The notes beneath the pieces were generated by a model. The model searched no databases. It had not been told where the DNA came from and was given only the letters and a program-made list of their open reading frames with translations. From the human T2T-CHM13v2.0 reference genome, Homo sapiens, in the NCBI RefSeq assembly GCF_009914755.1, contig NC_060940.1: DNA of 64,000 nucleotides, one strand, 5' to 3'. Each line of letters starts with the position of its first letter. Positions within the stretch are counted from its first letter, which is position 1. This document shows positions 1 to 15,300 of the stretch, piece after piece. A program made the translations under genes and the position numbers.

Positions 1-195
1 GGGAACTCAGTTGGTTGCTGAGCTTTAAACCCAAGTCTATTTCTGAGGCTGGACTGAGTCTTTGAGAAAATGCAAAGTAACCTAGCATAGTGTCAGACAC
101 AAAATAGTCAGCAAATACCATCGTAGATTCAGGCTTCTGAGTCCAAAGCTAACAATTCTCATCTCCAATTCCCATCTTCAAATATTAAAATAAAC

Positions 196-484
196 TTTTT
201 TTTTAAGAGACAGAATCTCACTGTGTTGCTCAGGCTAGAGTGCTGTGGCATCTTAGCTCACAGCAGCCTCGACCTACCAGGCTCAAGCGATCCTTCTGCC
301 TCAGTCTCCTGAGTAGGTAGGACTATAGGCATGCACCACCATGCCCAGCTATTTTTAAAATTTCCTGTAGAGATGGGGTCTCAGTGCATTGGCCAGACTG
401 ACCTAAACTCCTGGCTACAAGTGATCCTCTTGCCTTGGCCTCCCAAAGTGCTGGGATTACAGGTGTGAGCCACCATGCCCAGCC
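196..484 (-). mobile_element. AluJ SINE
   Basis: Poly-T then full antisense Alu dimer with J-type features (gctcacagcagcctcgacc, ggctcaagcgatcc); flanking repeat TAAA(A)TAAACT. Confidence 0.93.
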
Positions 485-520
485 TTAAATAAACTCTTTA
501 GTGTCAAAAAATCTACGTGA

Positions 521-830
<310 letters not shown>

Positions 831-2089
831 AAATCTACTTGAACCAATAAAAATTCCCATCCCCACCTAGAATTCTAAATATTTTATAAATAAAGTCTTC
901 AGAGCCTAGATATTCACTAGAACCCAGTGGTCACGTGTTCCTAATGGGTGGAATATTATTTTGAATCTTTCCATGATGAGAGTTACATTGATGGGTGAAA
1001 GCTTTTTATGCAACATCATCATTGTTGAATAAACAGACGCTTAGCATATTTAGGTTGGAATGCAAGGGAACTAAAGGTAGGGGAGATTCTTAAGGAAGTC
1101 TACTTTCTCTTCAAGAATGCTATCAAATTGAAAGGTAATTCCTAAACAAGAGTCATTTGTAAATTAGGGAGGAAGAGCTAAAAAAGATTCCTAGCAAGAA
1201 ACATCATAAAGGGGCTTGATAAAGCCAAAAAACTAAAAGAAAAAAAAAAAGGAATTAGAAACAGAGAAAAGAGGCTTCGTGTTGTTTGTAAATTTGTGAA
1301 TAAATCTGTTAAAGAAATATTGGATTCATATTCAACTTGGAAAACAGGGAAAGGCCTTTTATTGCATGCTTTGAAGTTTGAATACACTTTCAGTAGCTCT
1401 TCGTTATCTCAAATTAAATCTTAAATTGAGCTTGTGGTTCTGTGAATTAATACTCCAGCCTTTCAGCCCTGCTGCTGAGGTCATTCAAATCTAATGGTGG
1501 AAACGGTCACAGGGTCAGGCCTTGGATGGTGCTGTATAGAAATGCCTTAATGATGCTGGCAGATGTTTGCATTCTGCAGCTGGGGCGGCTGGCGGGTTGG
1601 GGGCTGCAGGAAGAGAGGAGTTGATGATCACATTATTGTGTCAGCCGCCTGTGTGAATAAGGAAGGACAGACTCCCACCCCATCCCATCATTCCAGGTTC
1701 AATAAGAGGTAGGTGCTTCCTAAAGCAGAAAAATGTAAGGGAAGTCATCATCGCTTATCATCACCTGAATGTTCACCATGGTGACCCACATCTCAGGATG
1801 CTGCAAAACGAGAGAGGTCACCTGTCTGTGTAATCGCATATAGCATTCTAAAGATGTTCCATTCATTCAGCAAATGTTTAATAAAGGCTTCATCTGAAGT
1901 TTAATGGACATTGTTTGATAAAACAGACCCAGTCACTGGTGTCAGGGAGTTTATATAAAAGTATACACGTATCTGTGCAAATGTGTGCATTTAAGGCCCG
2001 CCGAGCCTGAGCTGATATGCATGTCTTAACTTTGCTGTTTCTCTAAGGGGATGGAAGGATTGGCTACCCTGAGCTTTCTAGACTTGTTA

Positions 2090-2336
2090 TTTTTTTTTTT
2101 TTTAAGACAGAATCTTGTTCTGTCTCCGAGCTAGAGTACAATGGTATGATCATAGCTCACTACAACCTCCAATGCCTGGGTTTAAGTGATCCTGCCACCT
2201 CAGCCTCCCAAGTAGCTAGGACTACAGGCGAGAGCCACCATACTGGGCTAATTTTTGTTTTTTATTGAGATGGGGTCTTCCTATGTTGCCCAGCCTGGTC
2301 TCAAACTTCTGGCCTCAAAGCAATCCTCCTGCCTTG
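2090..2336 (-). mobile_element. AluJ, 5'-truncated
   Basis: Antisense Alu lacking about 45 nt of head; TSD TAGAC(T/G)TGTT shows truncation at insertion. Confidence 0.9.
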
Positions 2337-2699
2337 ATAGACGTGTTCATTGTAGGTTTCTAGCCTCTGAATCCAAATTTTATTTTTCTAGTACTTTATT
2401 TTATTTTACTTTTTATTGATTGAAACCTTGAAATAAAGTTTTTAAAAATCTATTTGATTTTAAACGATCTTTAGAAATATATGAAGGTTAAAAATAACTC
2501 TCATTTTGCTTTTTATAAACAGTCCACTCCTACATGTAGACACATTTAGATGCTTCATTTTGCCTGTAGAAAGTTTTTCTAACAATAAACTGACCAATGA
2601 TGATGAAATTTTTATTGACTCAAATGTGTGATTGGTTGATTTACTGTATTCAGTCCAAGCTCCTCCCAAAGGTTAGCTCATTGACTCTACAACTCTGTT

Positions 2700-2790
2700 T
2701 TCCTCATTCATTCATTCCTCTAATCAATATGTATTGCTCACTTGGTACATGTCAGATACTTTCCTAGGTGCTGGGGAGAAACAAGCAAAG
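2700..2790 (-). mobile_element. L2 3'-end remnant
   Basis: CATTCATTCATT tail followed by atgtcagatactttcctaggtgctgggga, typical antisense L2 end. Confidence 0.6.
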
Positions 2791-2802
2791 TACTTCAGGG
2801 CC

Positions 2803-3157
2803 TGTATTAGTTTGTTTTTCACGCTGCTGATAAAGACACACCCGAGACTGGGAAGAAAAAGAGGTTTAATTGGACTTACAGTTCTGCACGGCTGGGGAGG
2901 CCTCAGAATCATGGCAGGAGGTGAAAGGCACTTCTTACACGGCAGCGGCAAGAGAAAATGAGGAAGAAGCGAACGTGAGAACCCCTGGTAAACCCATCAG
3001 ATCTTGTGACACTTATTCACTATCACGAGGATAGCGCAGGAAAGACCGGCCCACATGATTGAGTTACCTCGCCCTGGGTCCCTCCCACAACATGTGGGAA
3101 TTCTGGGAGATATAATTCAAGTTGAGATTTGGGTGGAGACACACCCAAAGCATATCA
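2803..3157 (-). mobile_element. THE1A (MaLR) solo LTR
   Basis: Full ~355-bp LTR TGTATTAG...CATATCA matching the recalled THE1A consensus; 5-bp TSD GGGCC/GGGTC. Confidence 0.9.
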
Positions 3158-3269
3158 GGGTCCTAGGCAACTTTGTGTGAGAACAGAACAGAGAGGAAGC
3201 GACACACCTTTCCTTTGGGAGCAATTTTTGGGTTGCTTTTGTTTTTATTTGTTGTTTTCATTCCTGGTA

Positions 3270-3500
3270 GTAATAGTAACAGTAGAAAATGGCAGCGTTA
3301 TAGCCATAAACAAAGTGCTCTGTGGTTTCTCTCTCACCATCCCCTAAACCCTACAAGGCTAGGGGAAAATGGTAATACTCATGAACAACTCCACTTCATA
3401 AATGAGGATGCCGGCACTCGGGGAGGTCAAGTGAGTTTCATAAGGTCATAGAGCAACCAAGTGGCAGGGCTGACTCCCACCCAGGTGTGTTCCATGGGCA
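3270..3500 (-). mobile_element. MIR SINE
   Basis: Degenerate MIR core (cacttcataaatgagga...ggaggtcaagtgag...aaggtcatagagc). Confidence 0.6.
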
Positions 3501-3560
3501 GCGTCTTCTTACTGCACTGTCCTGACTTGCTCTAGTGAGATATAAGAGAGGCACAATCTG

Positions 3561-5073
<1,513 letters not shown>

Positions 5074-5544
5074 AAGAGCACAGTGGTGAGGTTTGAGGGG
5101 TGGTATGAGGTCACAGTCACAGCCACCCCTCTCACCAGCTGTGTGACAATTCTGGATTTCCTTAGCTGTCCTCTGCCTCCATCTCCCTTTCTCTGTAAGT
5201 GGAAGTGGTATTCATTGATCACACACTACATGCCGGACACCAAGCTATTACATTTTTTGAATATGTTTCTTCTTTGCCTCTTGAGGACTAACCAGCCGGG
5301 TTTAGATTATTTCCTCCCCGTGTCGCTTTCCTGCCCCCACATGTTAAAGATGGTGCAAGGGAACCAGAGAGCTTTGATCCCTGGTTTCTCTGGTCACAAA
5401 CCTGCTCTCCTCTCCAGAACTCCAGGCTGCCTTTCTGTGGGGGCTAAATCAAATTTAGCTGTTCCCCCAACTGCAAAGTACATAGGCATCAAGTGAAAGG
5501 GTAAATGCATGAAAACCTGAATGGCTGATCCTCTAAGACAGTGA

Positions 5545-6200
<656 letters not shown>

Positions 6201-7371
6201 TCAGGATGGGAACCAGGCACTGCACCTCCTCATTAGGAGTCAGAGTAAGGGGGCTAAGCTGGTTGACATGACTGGGGACAGAGTTGCTGTTGAAATTGTC
6301 AGGTTATGAAGGGAAATTAGCTGCTGGGTGTCAAGAGGTGCACATTGCTGCAGGCATTGGCAACTGGGAGCCCTGGTGTGTCTATTAGCTCCTCAGGCTG
6401 TGAGGCCTTAATGACACCCCTGCCAACATTACAGGAGGCAGCAAGTGACAGTAGGAATGAGAGAGGCCAGCTAATCTAATCTGTACGCCCCACAGGAGTT
6501 GGGGGCTGAGGACTTCAAGACCTGGCTTCTGCTCCCTGTCACAGTGGCAAAGACAATGACAATAAAAGCACAGCCTCCAGAGAGAAGAGCCTTCGATGGA
6601 CCTGGGTGTTAAACCAGGGGCCAGGCAAAAACTGGGGGATGCAGAATAGGAGGTTGGGCTGGAGGTGAGTGAGAAGAACGGATACGGTTAGGACCAACAT
6701 TTAGGCAATATGACCGTGTACAGGATTCTACCACCATCGTCACCATCAGTGTTACTGTTCCCTGCCATCTGCCTATGGGGTGTCTACCATCTAAAGTTCA
6801 GCACTGCACTGGGCATTTTTAAATTATCATTAGTATATAATTATATATAATAATAATTTAATTTATAACTATATCATTTATTAAGGTCCTACTATATACC
6901 AAATTCTATTGGACACATGTCCTAATAATAAACGTGATATAATCTATCATTATTTACAAAACTTCACACTCTGACCTTTATTAATTATGTGTGTGCCAAT
7001 TATGTGCAGGGAACTGTATTAATCGTAGTTAGCAATATCGTCTCTAGTCCTCCAACCCTATAAAGTGGGCACAATTATTATTTCTCTATTGCAATTGCCA
7101 TTTAGCCTCAGCTGGATTGGAAACTATGTAATGGAGACTCTCAGGCCACTGTCTTTTGAGCAGCATTTTCTGCATTGCATTCTTGTATGTAATCCTAAAA
7201 TGTAGATGTAGTTTTCCCCCTTTTAGAGATAAGGTAATCAAAACTTATAGAGGTTAAAGGGACTTGCCAAAGCGACACAGCCATGAATGGCAAAGCTAGG
7301 ATTTAAACCCTTGGACTTCTTCTCCTTGCCATTCCACCCCATCATAAATTCTAAACATCATAAGCAGAACC

Positions 7372-7928
7372 ATCATAAGTCAGGGTCCATCTGGAAGATG
7401 GATGGATGGATGGATGGATGGATGGATGGATGGAGAGAGAGAGAGACAGATAGGCAGACAGATAGCTAGACAGATGGACAGATAGAGATTTTTAGGAACT
7501 GGCGAATTGGCTCACACAATTATGGAAGCCCAGAAGTCCCAAGAAGTGTAGCCAGCAATCTGGAGATCCAGAAGGGCCCATGGTAGAAACCTCATCCAAA
7601 GGCAGAAGACAAGCATCCCAGGTTGAAGACAGTCAGGCAAAGAGAGAAAATTATTTCTTACTCAGACTTTTGTTTTATTCGGGCCTTCAACAGATTAGAT
7701 GAGATCCACCCCTACAGGGCAGGGCAATCAGTTTTACTCAGTCTACTGATTCAAAGGTTAGTCTCATGTAGAATCACCCTCACAGACACACACTCAGAAA
7801 TAATGGTTAGTCAGATATCTGGGCACTGTGTGGCCCAGTCAAGTTGACACCTACAATTTTTTTTTTGCCTTCTTTTTATTTTTGGTGTTGTCATCCTGTG
7901 TCCAAGGCACATATAGTCAATCATCACA
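7372..7928 (-). mobile_element. MLT2-type ERVL LTR with internal simple repeat
   Basis: aattggctcacacaattatgga...tcaacagattagatgag...ggcccagtcaagttgacac...catcaca. Confidence 0.8.
7397..7485. repeat. (GATG)n then (GA)/(GACA) microsatellite
   Basis: About 9 GATG units followed by GAGA/GACA repeats. Confidence 0.95.
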
Positions 7929-8277
7929 CCTTTCCCTTAGCCTGTACTAGGTTCTGTGCCAAGGATTTTAGAAAGTCATGTCTCATTCAGTTCCCCTAAC
8001 AGGTCTAGGAGTCATTATCCTCCCCAACCTAAGGAAACTGAGACCCAGAGGTTCAGAGTATCCCAAGATCCTACAGGAATTGCAGATTGTAGCCAAAATT
8101 GGAACTCCTAATTCCAGAGCTCCTCCCTCCTGCTAGCATTTTTCTTTGAGTAGTTTTATTAATGAGAAAAGCTGTTGAGCACCAGAGCAACCCCGCCTCT
8201 TCTAAATACCATCTGACATATACATTCAGCAGAGGAAAAATGATGTGAGGTCTGGGGCTTGCTTTAAAATACTTTGG

Positions 8278-8432
8278 GGCCAGACACAGTGGCTCACACC
8301 TGTAAGCCCAGTGCTTTGGGAGTCTGAAGTGGTAGGATCACTAGAGGTCAGGAGTTCAAGACCAGCCTGGGTAACATAGTAACATAGGGAGACCCTCATC
8401 TCTATAAAAAATTTACATGAAAAAAAATAAAC
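8278..8432 (+). mobile_element. FLAM / free left Alu monomer within an old L1M fragment
   Basis: Left monomer plus A-tail; TSD AAAATACTT. Confidence 0.85.
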
Positions 8433-9894
8433 AAAATACTTCTGCAACAGCAGCAGCAAGAGCTGCCGCAATGAAAGAAGAAAGAAAAGGAGGGACAGGA
8501 TGAAGGAAAGAAGCAGTGTTAACATTCTAGTAATATTTGCATCTGAATGATATTTATATGGGGTTATTGTCCTCCCTTTGTGTATGTTTAAAATTTTCAT
8601 AATAAGCATATTTATATATATATACACATAAAACATATATGTACATATTATCATAATGCCTACCTGCTCTTGAGAAAGTAGTGCCGTATGGCTGGGGGTT
8701 TCTCTCACTGGTTTCTATGGCTCTCCCCTCCCCCACTTTTTCTAAGAAGTGGTAGTACCTATCTGACTATTTTCTTGGCTGCCTGAAGAGGCCTCAAAAT
8801 TAGAGTAAACAAATTACCCATTACCAGGGAAGCCTCCTTCCTCCCAGCAGATTCCCAGCATCTTCTTTCACCTCTAGGAGATATTTTCCAAGGTCACTAA
8901 ATTAAGCCTTCAGACAATCGAAAAATTGAATCTCAGTACCTCTATTTTCCTAACAAAATTTCTGCAGCACCGATTGGGGCTGACAGGTACGGCCGTGCAG
9001 CTTTCTGGGCTGTTCAGGTCGATTTGGCCAAGCAGGACGGCATCAGCTTGTATTGGAGGGAACATCTGAGCAGCTCAGGGCCCCCTGGGAGTCAGAGCGT
9101 TCCCTCCCTCCTTGCCACTGTAAATGACTATTTCTGTCGTTTGCAGAGTGTCCTTTTCTTTCTCCTACAGCCCCATCCTTACCCTCTATAGCCATCAGGT
9201 CAGGTGCGTCTTCTTCATTTATTTATCAAAAGGGCCATAGCAATCATTGCAAACATGTTTAGGAGGATTTGGAAACCATGTTCTTTTAAAGGGCACTAAT
9301 GATGCAGCAGTAATCACAGTGCTAGTGGAAGGGGAGGGCAGAATGTGATGTTTTGGGAGTGAATTCTGTAAGAGAAGAAGGGACTGCGTTCCTAGCCCTC
9401 CAGAGCTTGCAGCTATCACAGCCTGGCTGGTGGAGGGGCTTGCAGAGCTGAGAACCACTCAGAATTTGGGGGCTGAAGACCCTGGCTGTCTGAGCACCAT
9501 CTCTGTGACTTTCGAGGTCATGTTTTCCCTCCAGCCCTCATTTCCCCCTTTATAAGCTGTGTCTTAGCTAGTGCTTTCAGCAAAGAATATCTTTAGGCTC
9601 CTGGAGGATTGATATCCCCTGAAGTAGCCCCTGACCAGCCTCCAAGATGTATCCTAAAAGCTCCTATGGAAGTTTACATTTCACTCAAAATATCTGTGTT
9701 CATGTAAATGTAAAAATGATGTCTTAAGATGCTTAGCAGTGAATAAAATGGGTGCTCTAGGGAGATGCAGTGAGTTTATCCTGTGGCTTTGAGTATACAC
9801 TGGTACCCTACGTGGGAGACCCCGGTGCCCATGCCCGGGTGCACAAAGCCAGCATCAGTGACCTGCACACCAGGAGGCAGGCTGCATGATGATT

Positions 9895-10075
9895 GGGTGC
9901 AAGTCCTTAGGTGGGTCACTCAGTCTTTCTTTTCTTGAGTTTTTTCATCTGTGAAAGAGTGATCATAATACTATTTCCATTGAGAAGAAGAAATAATTTA
10001 TGTAAAGCACAAAGCATAATCCCTGGTATTCAATAAGTACTCAGTAAATACTAGTGAAAATAATGATTATAACTA
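9895..10075 (+). mobile_element. MIR SINE
   Basis: gtttttcatctgtgaaa...tatgtaaagcac...taagtactcagtaaata. Confidence 0.65.
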
Positions 10076-10309
10076 TGACCTCCAGAAGCTTTTACTGAGC
10101 ATCTATCTGTAGCACTGCATGTCAAGCCAAGCTAGAGTACAGTCTCTTAGGAGACATAGGGGAGGAAAACATCCTTGGCAGGTTCGCATATTGGTGATCT
10201 CGTCGTAATTTTCTCAAATACCCTTCCTCTTTCCTCACTTTTGGTGATAACTACCTGTGTTGCTCTTGTCACTTTTGCCCGGATCCACTAACTCACCACC
10301 TAGGTATCT

Positions 10310-10828
10310 GCAACAGTTATCCATTGCTGCCTAACAAATTACCCCAAAATGTAAGCACTTAGAATCTCATTGTCTTTGTGGGTCAGGAATTAGGGAGTGG
10401 CTTAGCTGGGTGATTCTAGCTCAGGGTCTTTTCTGAAGTTGCCAGCAAGCTGTTGGCTGGGGCTGCAGTCTCAGAATCCTTGACTGAAGGGGAGGTTTCG
10501 TGTCCAAGGGGCTCACTGATGTGGCTTTTAGCAGGAGGCCTCAGTTCTTCACCATGGGGGCCTCTCCGTACAGCTTCAGGAGCAGCCTCACAATATGTCA
10601 TCTGGTCTCCCACAGAGTGATGATCTCAGAGAGAGTGTGAGGAAGATGTGGCATGGCCTTTTAAGCCCCATTCTTAGACATCATGCACTGTCAAGCACCG
10701 TAACTTTAGCTACATTCTATTGATTAGAAGAATACTAGTAAAGACCATAGTTAGGAGAGGGGAACCTGGCTCCACCATTGGAAGGGAGGTCTATCAAAGA
10801 ACTTGTGGGCATATTCTAAGACCACCAC
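10310..10828 (-). mobile_element. MLT1F/G-type MaLR LTR
   Basis: cagttatccattgctgcctaacaaattacccc...gggtcaggaattagggagtggcttagctgggtg...accaccaca. Confidence 0.8.
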
Positions 10829-11221
10829 ACTCTGCCACTCCACACACCCTGACTCTCCTAACACCTGCTCGCTTCACTGGTTCGGCTATTGGCAGTGGCA
10901 TGGAGTGTGGGAAAATGCGTCCCTCTCTCCTTCCTGGATTAGAAAAGTCATCATCCTGCTAGTGTGAATCCATGTCCTGTGGTGGCCCTCTCAGGAGGGA
11001 TTGTGATTAAAGAATGGACAACCCAAGGGAATCATGTGTCATGGTGGAGCATACAGGCCAGCAGGTGAGTTGGGGAGGCGCCTTTACAGAGGAAACCTTG
11101 AGCTTCTTCTGTGATATTCATTACAGAACTTCCCCCAAAGACAGATGACATCCATTTATAATTATTTCACCAGTGACTTTTGAGCTCATGCAGTTCTATT
11201 TATTTTTCTCTCTGAAAGTAA

Positions 11222-11628
<407 letters not shown>

Positions 11629-12009
11629 TCTTTCTTTTTACCAGTCCTCAACTTGCACTCTTTCCTGCATACAGCTTGTTTCTCTAATGTGGCTGTTCTC
11701 ATGTTTACTTAATGGCCCAGCCATCTCCTCCTCCTCCTCCTCCTCCTGCTTTCTATTCTCCTTCCTCATCATTGTCCTCTTCTGCGAGTTCAGAAAATTG
11801 GGTTACAATACCTACAACGTGCAGTGAGGACACTCTTTTATCATAACCCCAGTAGGCTTATGGTGCTTGTATCTGATTTTTCATAGTCTTTCGCTTGTTA
11901 ATTTACTGCACATATGTTCCTTTCTCTTGTGCATTACTGATGTGTTTAAGAATCTTGAATATCTATATGGTGCTTAGAGATTTCACAGCAGTTGATTGAA
12001 TGCTGTTAC

Positions 12010-12170
12010 CTCAGCATCATCTGTGAAACTGGGTATGACTACACCCATTTTGCTGATGAGGAAACTGAGGCATAAGAGGATCCGATAAATTACCCAGAGT
12101 CACACAGCTCACAAGCAAGTGCAGGCTTCCAGCCAAGGTTTGCTGGCTCATGCGTTTCATGCCTTCTCTA
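12010..12170 (-). mobile_element. MIR SINE
   Basis: cccattttgctgatgaggaaactgaggc core. Confidence 0.7.
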
Positions 12171-12189
12171 TGGTACCATACAGGCACTT

Positions 12190-12334
12190 TGTCTCCCAGT
12201 GGAATATAAGTTCTTTGAGGCCAAGGACTGTGTCTTATTCTGTGTTGCATCCCTTTGGCTTCAGCCTCATTGTCTTGCGTTTATTAAGCATTTGGAACAT
12301 TTCAGCTGAATGAGTGAATGAGTGAATGAGTGAA
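12190..12334 (+). mobile_element. L2 3' end
   Basis: gaatataagttctttgaggccaaggactgtgtc...(TGAATGAG)n tail. Confidence 0.7.
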
Positions 12335-15300
12335 GCCATCAGTCAAATCAGAACACTGCTCACACATGCATCCCAAGTCCAGCTGTCGAACGTCTGGAAC
12401 TGAGCAGTATGGAGCCTGTTACGACCAGTGATGCTGTGGCCTGAATAACAACAGGATAGGAACATTCCCTTCTTCTCATAAATCTTGTAAATTTGCATTG
12501 TTTGTGCCGAACAGGGCCCGTGTGTTCTGATAGCAAACATGGAGAGGCCCAAAAGGCTGATCTGGGACCATGTCCCCATTGAACACTGCTCTGTGCTGAG
12601 TCTGCAGAATATTTAAATAAGGGGTTAATTTATAAAGTGAGCTACGGGAAAGTTTCCAGGATTGTCATGCGTGTGTCTCATAAATCGGCACAAATTGAAT
12701 CTAGGTTTCTAGGTTTCTGTGCCCCTCAGCTCCTAAGTAAACCAAAATTTATTGAGAGGTGTATAGGTTGCCATCCAAAGAAACATAGTAAGTGAGAAAA
12801 GTGTATCCTCAGGAGGTCTGTAAACAAGGTCTGAAGGCTGGCAGAAAGGACCAGGGTCTGCAATGTAGAATCCCCGTTGCCGATGATCAGAAAGTACAGC
12901 GTAGTTTGTTGCAGATGAAGACAGGGTTCCAGGAATTCTTGATCTTTCTTGAACATTCCACTGACTTCTTAACAGAATAAAGATTTTGTATATTGCAGAG
13001 ATAATTTATAGATACAGGTACAAAGGGGATACAGACAAAGAGAAAGGCTAACTTCAGGATGTTGCGTATGTCAAATCATTACATTAGTTTACCCAGAACC
13101 AAAAAAATTATGCAATATATAAATATGAAGCTTTAGTTTTTCATGATTGTTCGTAATGACATTATTATGATAATGACTGTTTGTAATAATCATGCGTACC
13201 ACCTTAGTCTGAGCAATCATATTAGCAGTTCGTAATTATTGAAGGGCTGTCAGGAACCAGACACTGTGCTGAGTGTTCTACAAACTGTATTTCCAGTCTT
13301 CTTTTTTGTTCAATTTCCACTCAAATTTTTAAAGGGGTTTGGAGGGCGTTAGTGTGCCCATTTTACAGAGGTGGAGGAGGAAGCTCCAAAAATGAAGCCC
13401 AAGGATCTTAAGGTAATATATGGGCTTGAATCCAGTGTATCTTGCTCCGAAAGCCTTGCTTTTGTCATTATCCAACATTAGCTGTCTTTATTATAGTGGC
13501 CTTCTTACCACCTACAAAACAAGTGCCAGCATTCTAGTAAAATTTATTCACCTTCCGAGATTATTTACTATTTTAGTCTGTAGCTTTTATCCCTTTAACT
13601 ACACCATTCAAAGCGTTGTGCAAAATATTCTAGTAGTAAATAGAGGCTTTAAATCCACACGTTGATAATGGTCAAATCCTCTTAAAGGGGCCAGCAACAA
13701 AAATGACTTTAAAGGGGAAATATTCCTTCAATGTTACAAGCGCCCATGAGCATGTTAGTAGAGCAGTTGTGTGTTGAAGAAAGAGAAGGTGGAGTGATAC
13801 TGAATACCCCGTAAAATCACACAATCAGCACTTAAGAATGTTCACACAGTTGTTCACACACATATTGATATCAGACCTTATAGCAGTCCTATTGGCTAGA
13901 TCAGTTATTATGAATGTGTTTTATAGAGTAGGAAACAGAGATGTGACGTGACTTGCCTAAGAACACACAGCAGTTCTGAAACTCACCCTGTGCTAATCTG
14001 ACCTCGTGAAGAAATTGAGCAAACTAGGCTCCAGGGAGAAACGAAAACAATAACAACAAAAAATGTATTGCCAAAAAATTGCTAGCAGACATCTAGAAAA
14101 ATGTCTTCAACTTCTTTTGATAGGAAAAGAGGAAAAATTCAAATCTGAATTCAACATATTTATTTTTTTGTTTCTGACTTTTTACGTAAACAGAGCTCTG
14201 AGTTGTATCCTCAGATATATTTGAGACTAACAACAAGGAAATATAAAATTATGTTACTACCTAAGCTGCCACTTCTTCAAAGCCTCGTTATTCTTGTTCC
14301 CTTCAATGTATTTCAACTCCAAAATACATAGTGACATGAAAATTGTGTATTCACATTGTTCTATTGATTTCGTTGAGAAAGTGACCTTGTATGCACACAT
14401 GAGAATTTAGAGATCTATATATACCGCCTGGCCTCTTCTTTGTAAGGGTATAACAGCAGTGGTTAACATGCATTTTTTTTTTTTAACAGTTAGATTTACT
14501 CTTCCTTTGCACAGACTAATAGCACACTGAGGTAGGATCCAGGGACGGCTCCTTGGCAAGTTGTACTGCTGTGGCCTAGGGAGGGACAACTGGCAGGGCC
14601 ACACAAGGAGGTAAAACCTTATGCTCCATTTGCAAAGCCAGTGGCCCCAGCAGAGATAGGAGGCCCTCTCTGTGATTTCGGCAGTGGTTTCCCTGGGATT
14701 GAGGTCTCCTGAAACTTATTCCCGCAAGGACATACTACTGTGGACCCACCTGAAGGGTGGCATCCACTCTTCTAGTAGGATCTCACATTGGTATTTTCAG
14801 ACACTTCTGCCCCTTGCCATGTTTAGTAAGTCATCTATGTTGTTTGGGAGGAAAGAGAATGAGCATTCCTCAGTTCCTGCACTGCACCAGGCCTTGCCAA
14901 TACAGTACCTCATTTAATTCTTGCTACCATCCTTGAGGTGGCTGGCATTAGGCCATTTGCGGGGTGTAGAAAATGACATGCAGAAATACTGTAGCAGCTC
15001 ACTTAATATCAGGCAGATGGTAAGTGGCAGAGATGAGGCTGGACCCCAGGATTTCTGACCTAATTTCTGATCTCTTTAATTATTCTATACACCAAAAGCC
15101 CCTGTGGTTTGGATTCCTAATCACGGGACTGAGATGAAACAGAATCTCTTAGCATAGGGGGCCAAGCAGTAGATGGGCTTTTGCGAAGAAGTTTTTTCTT
15201 TTTTCAGAGTCAGAGGTTGGCAGCAAAATATGAGAGATGGAAGGTCAAGTGCAGCAGAAGAGAGAAACAGGGAGAGTGGAGGTTGTTCTCTAGAACATAG

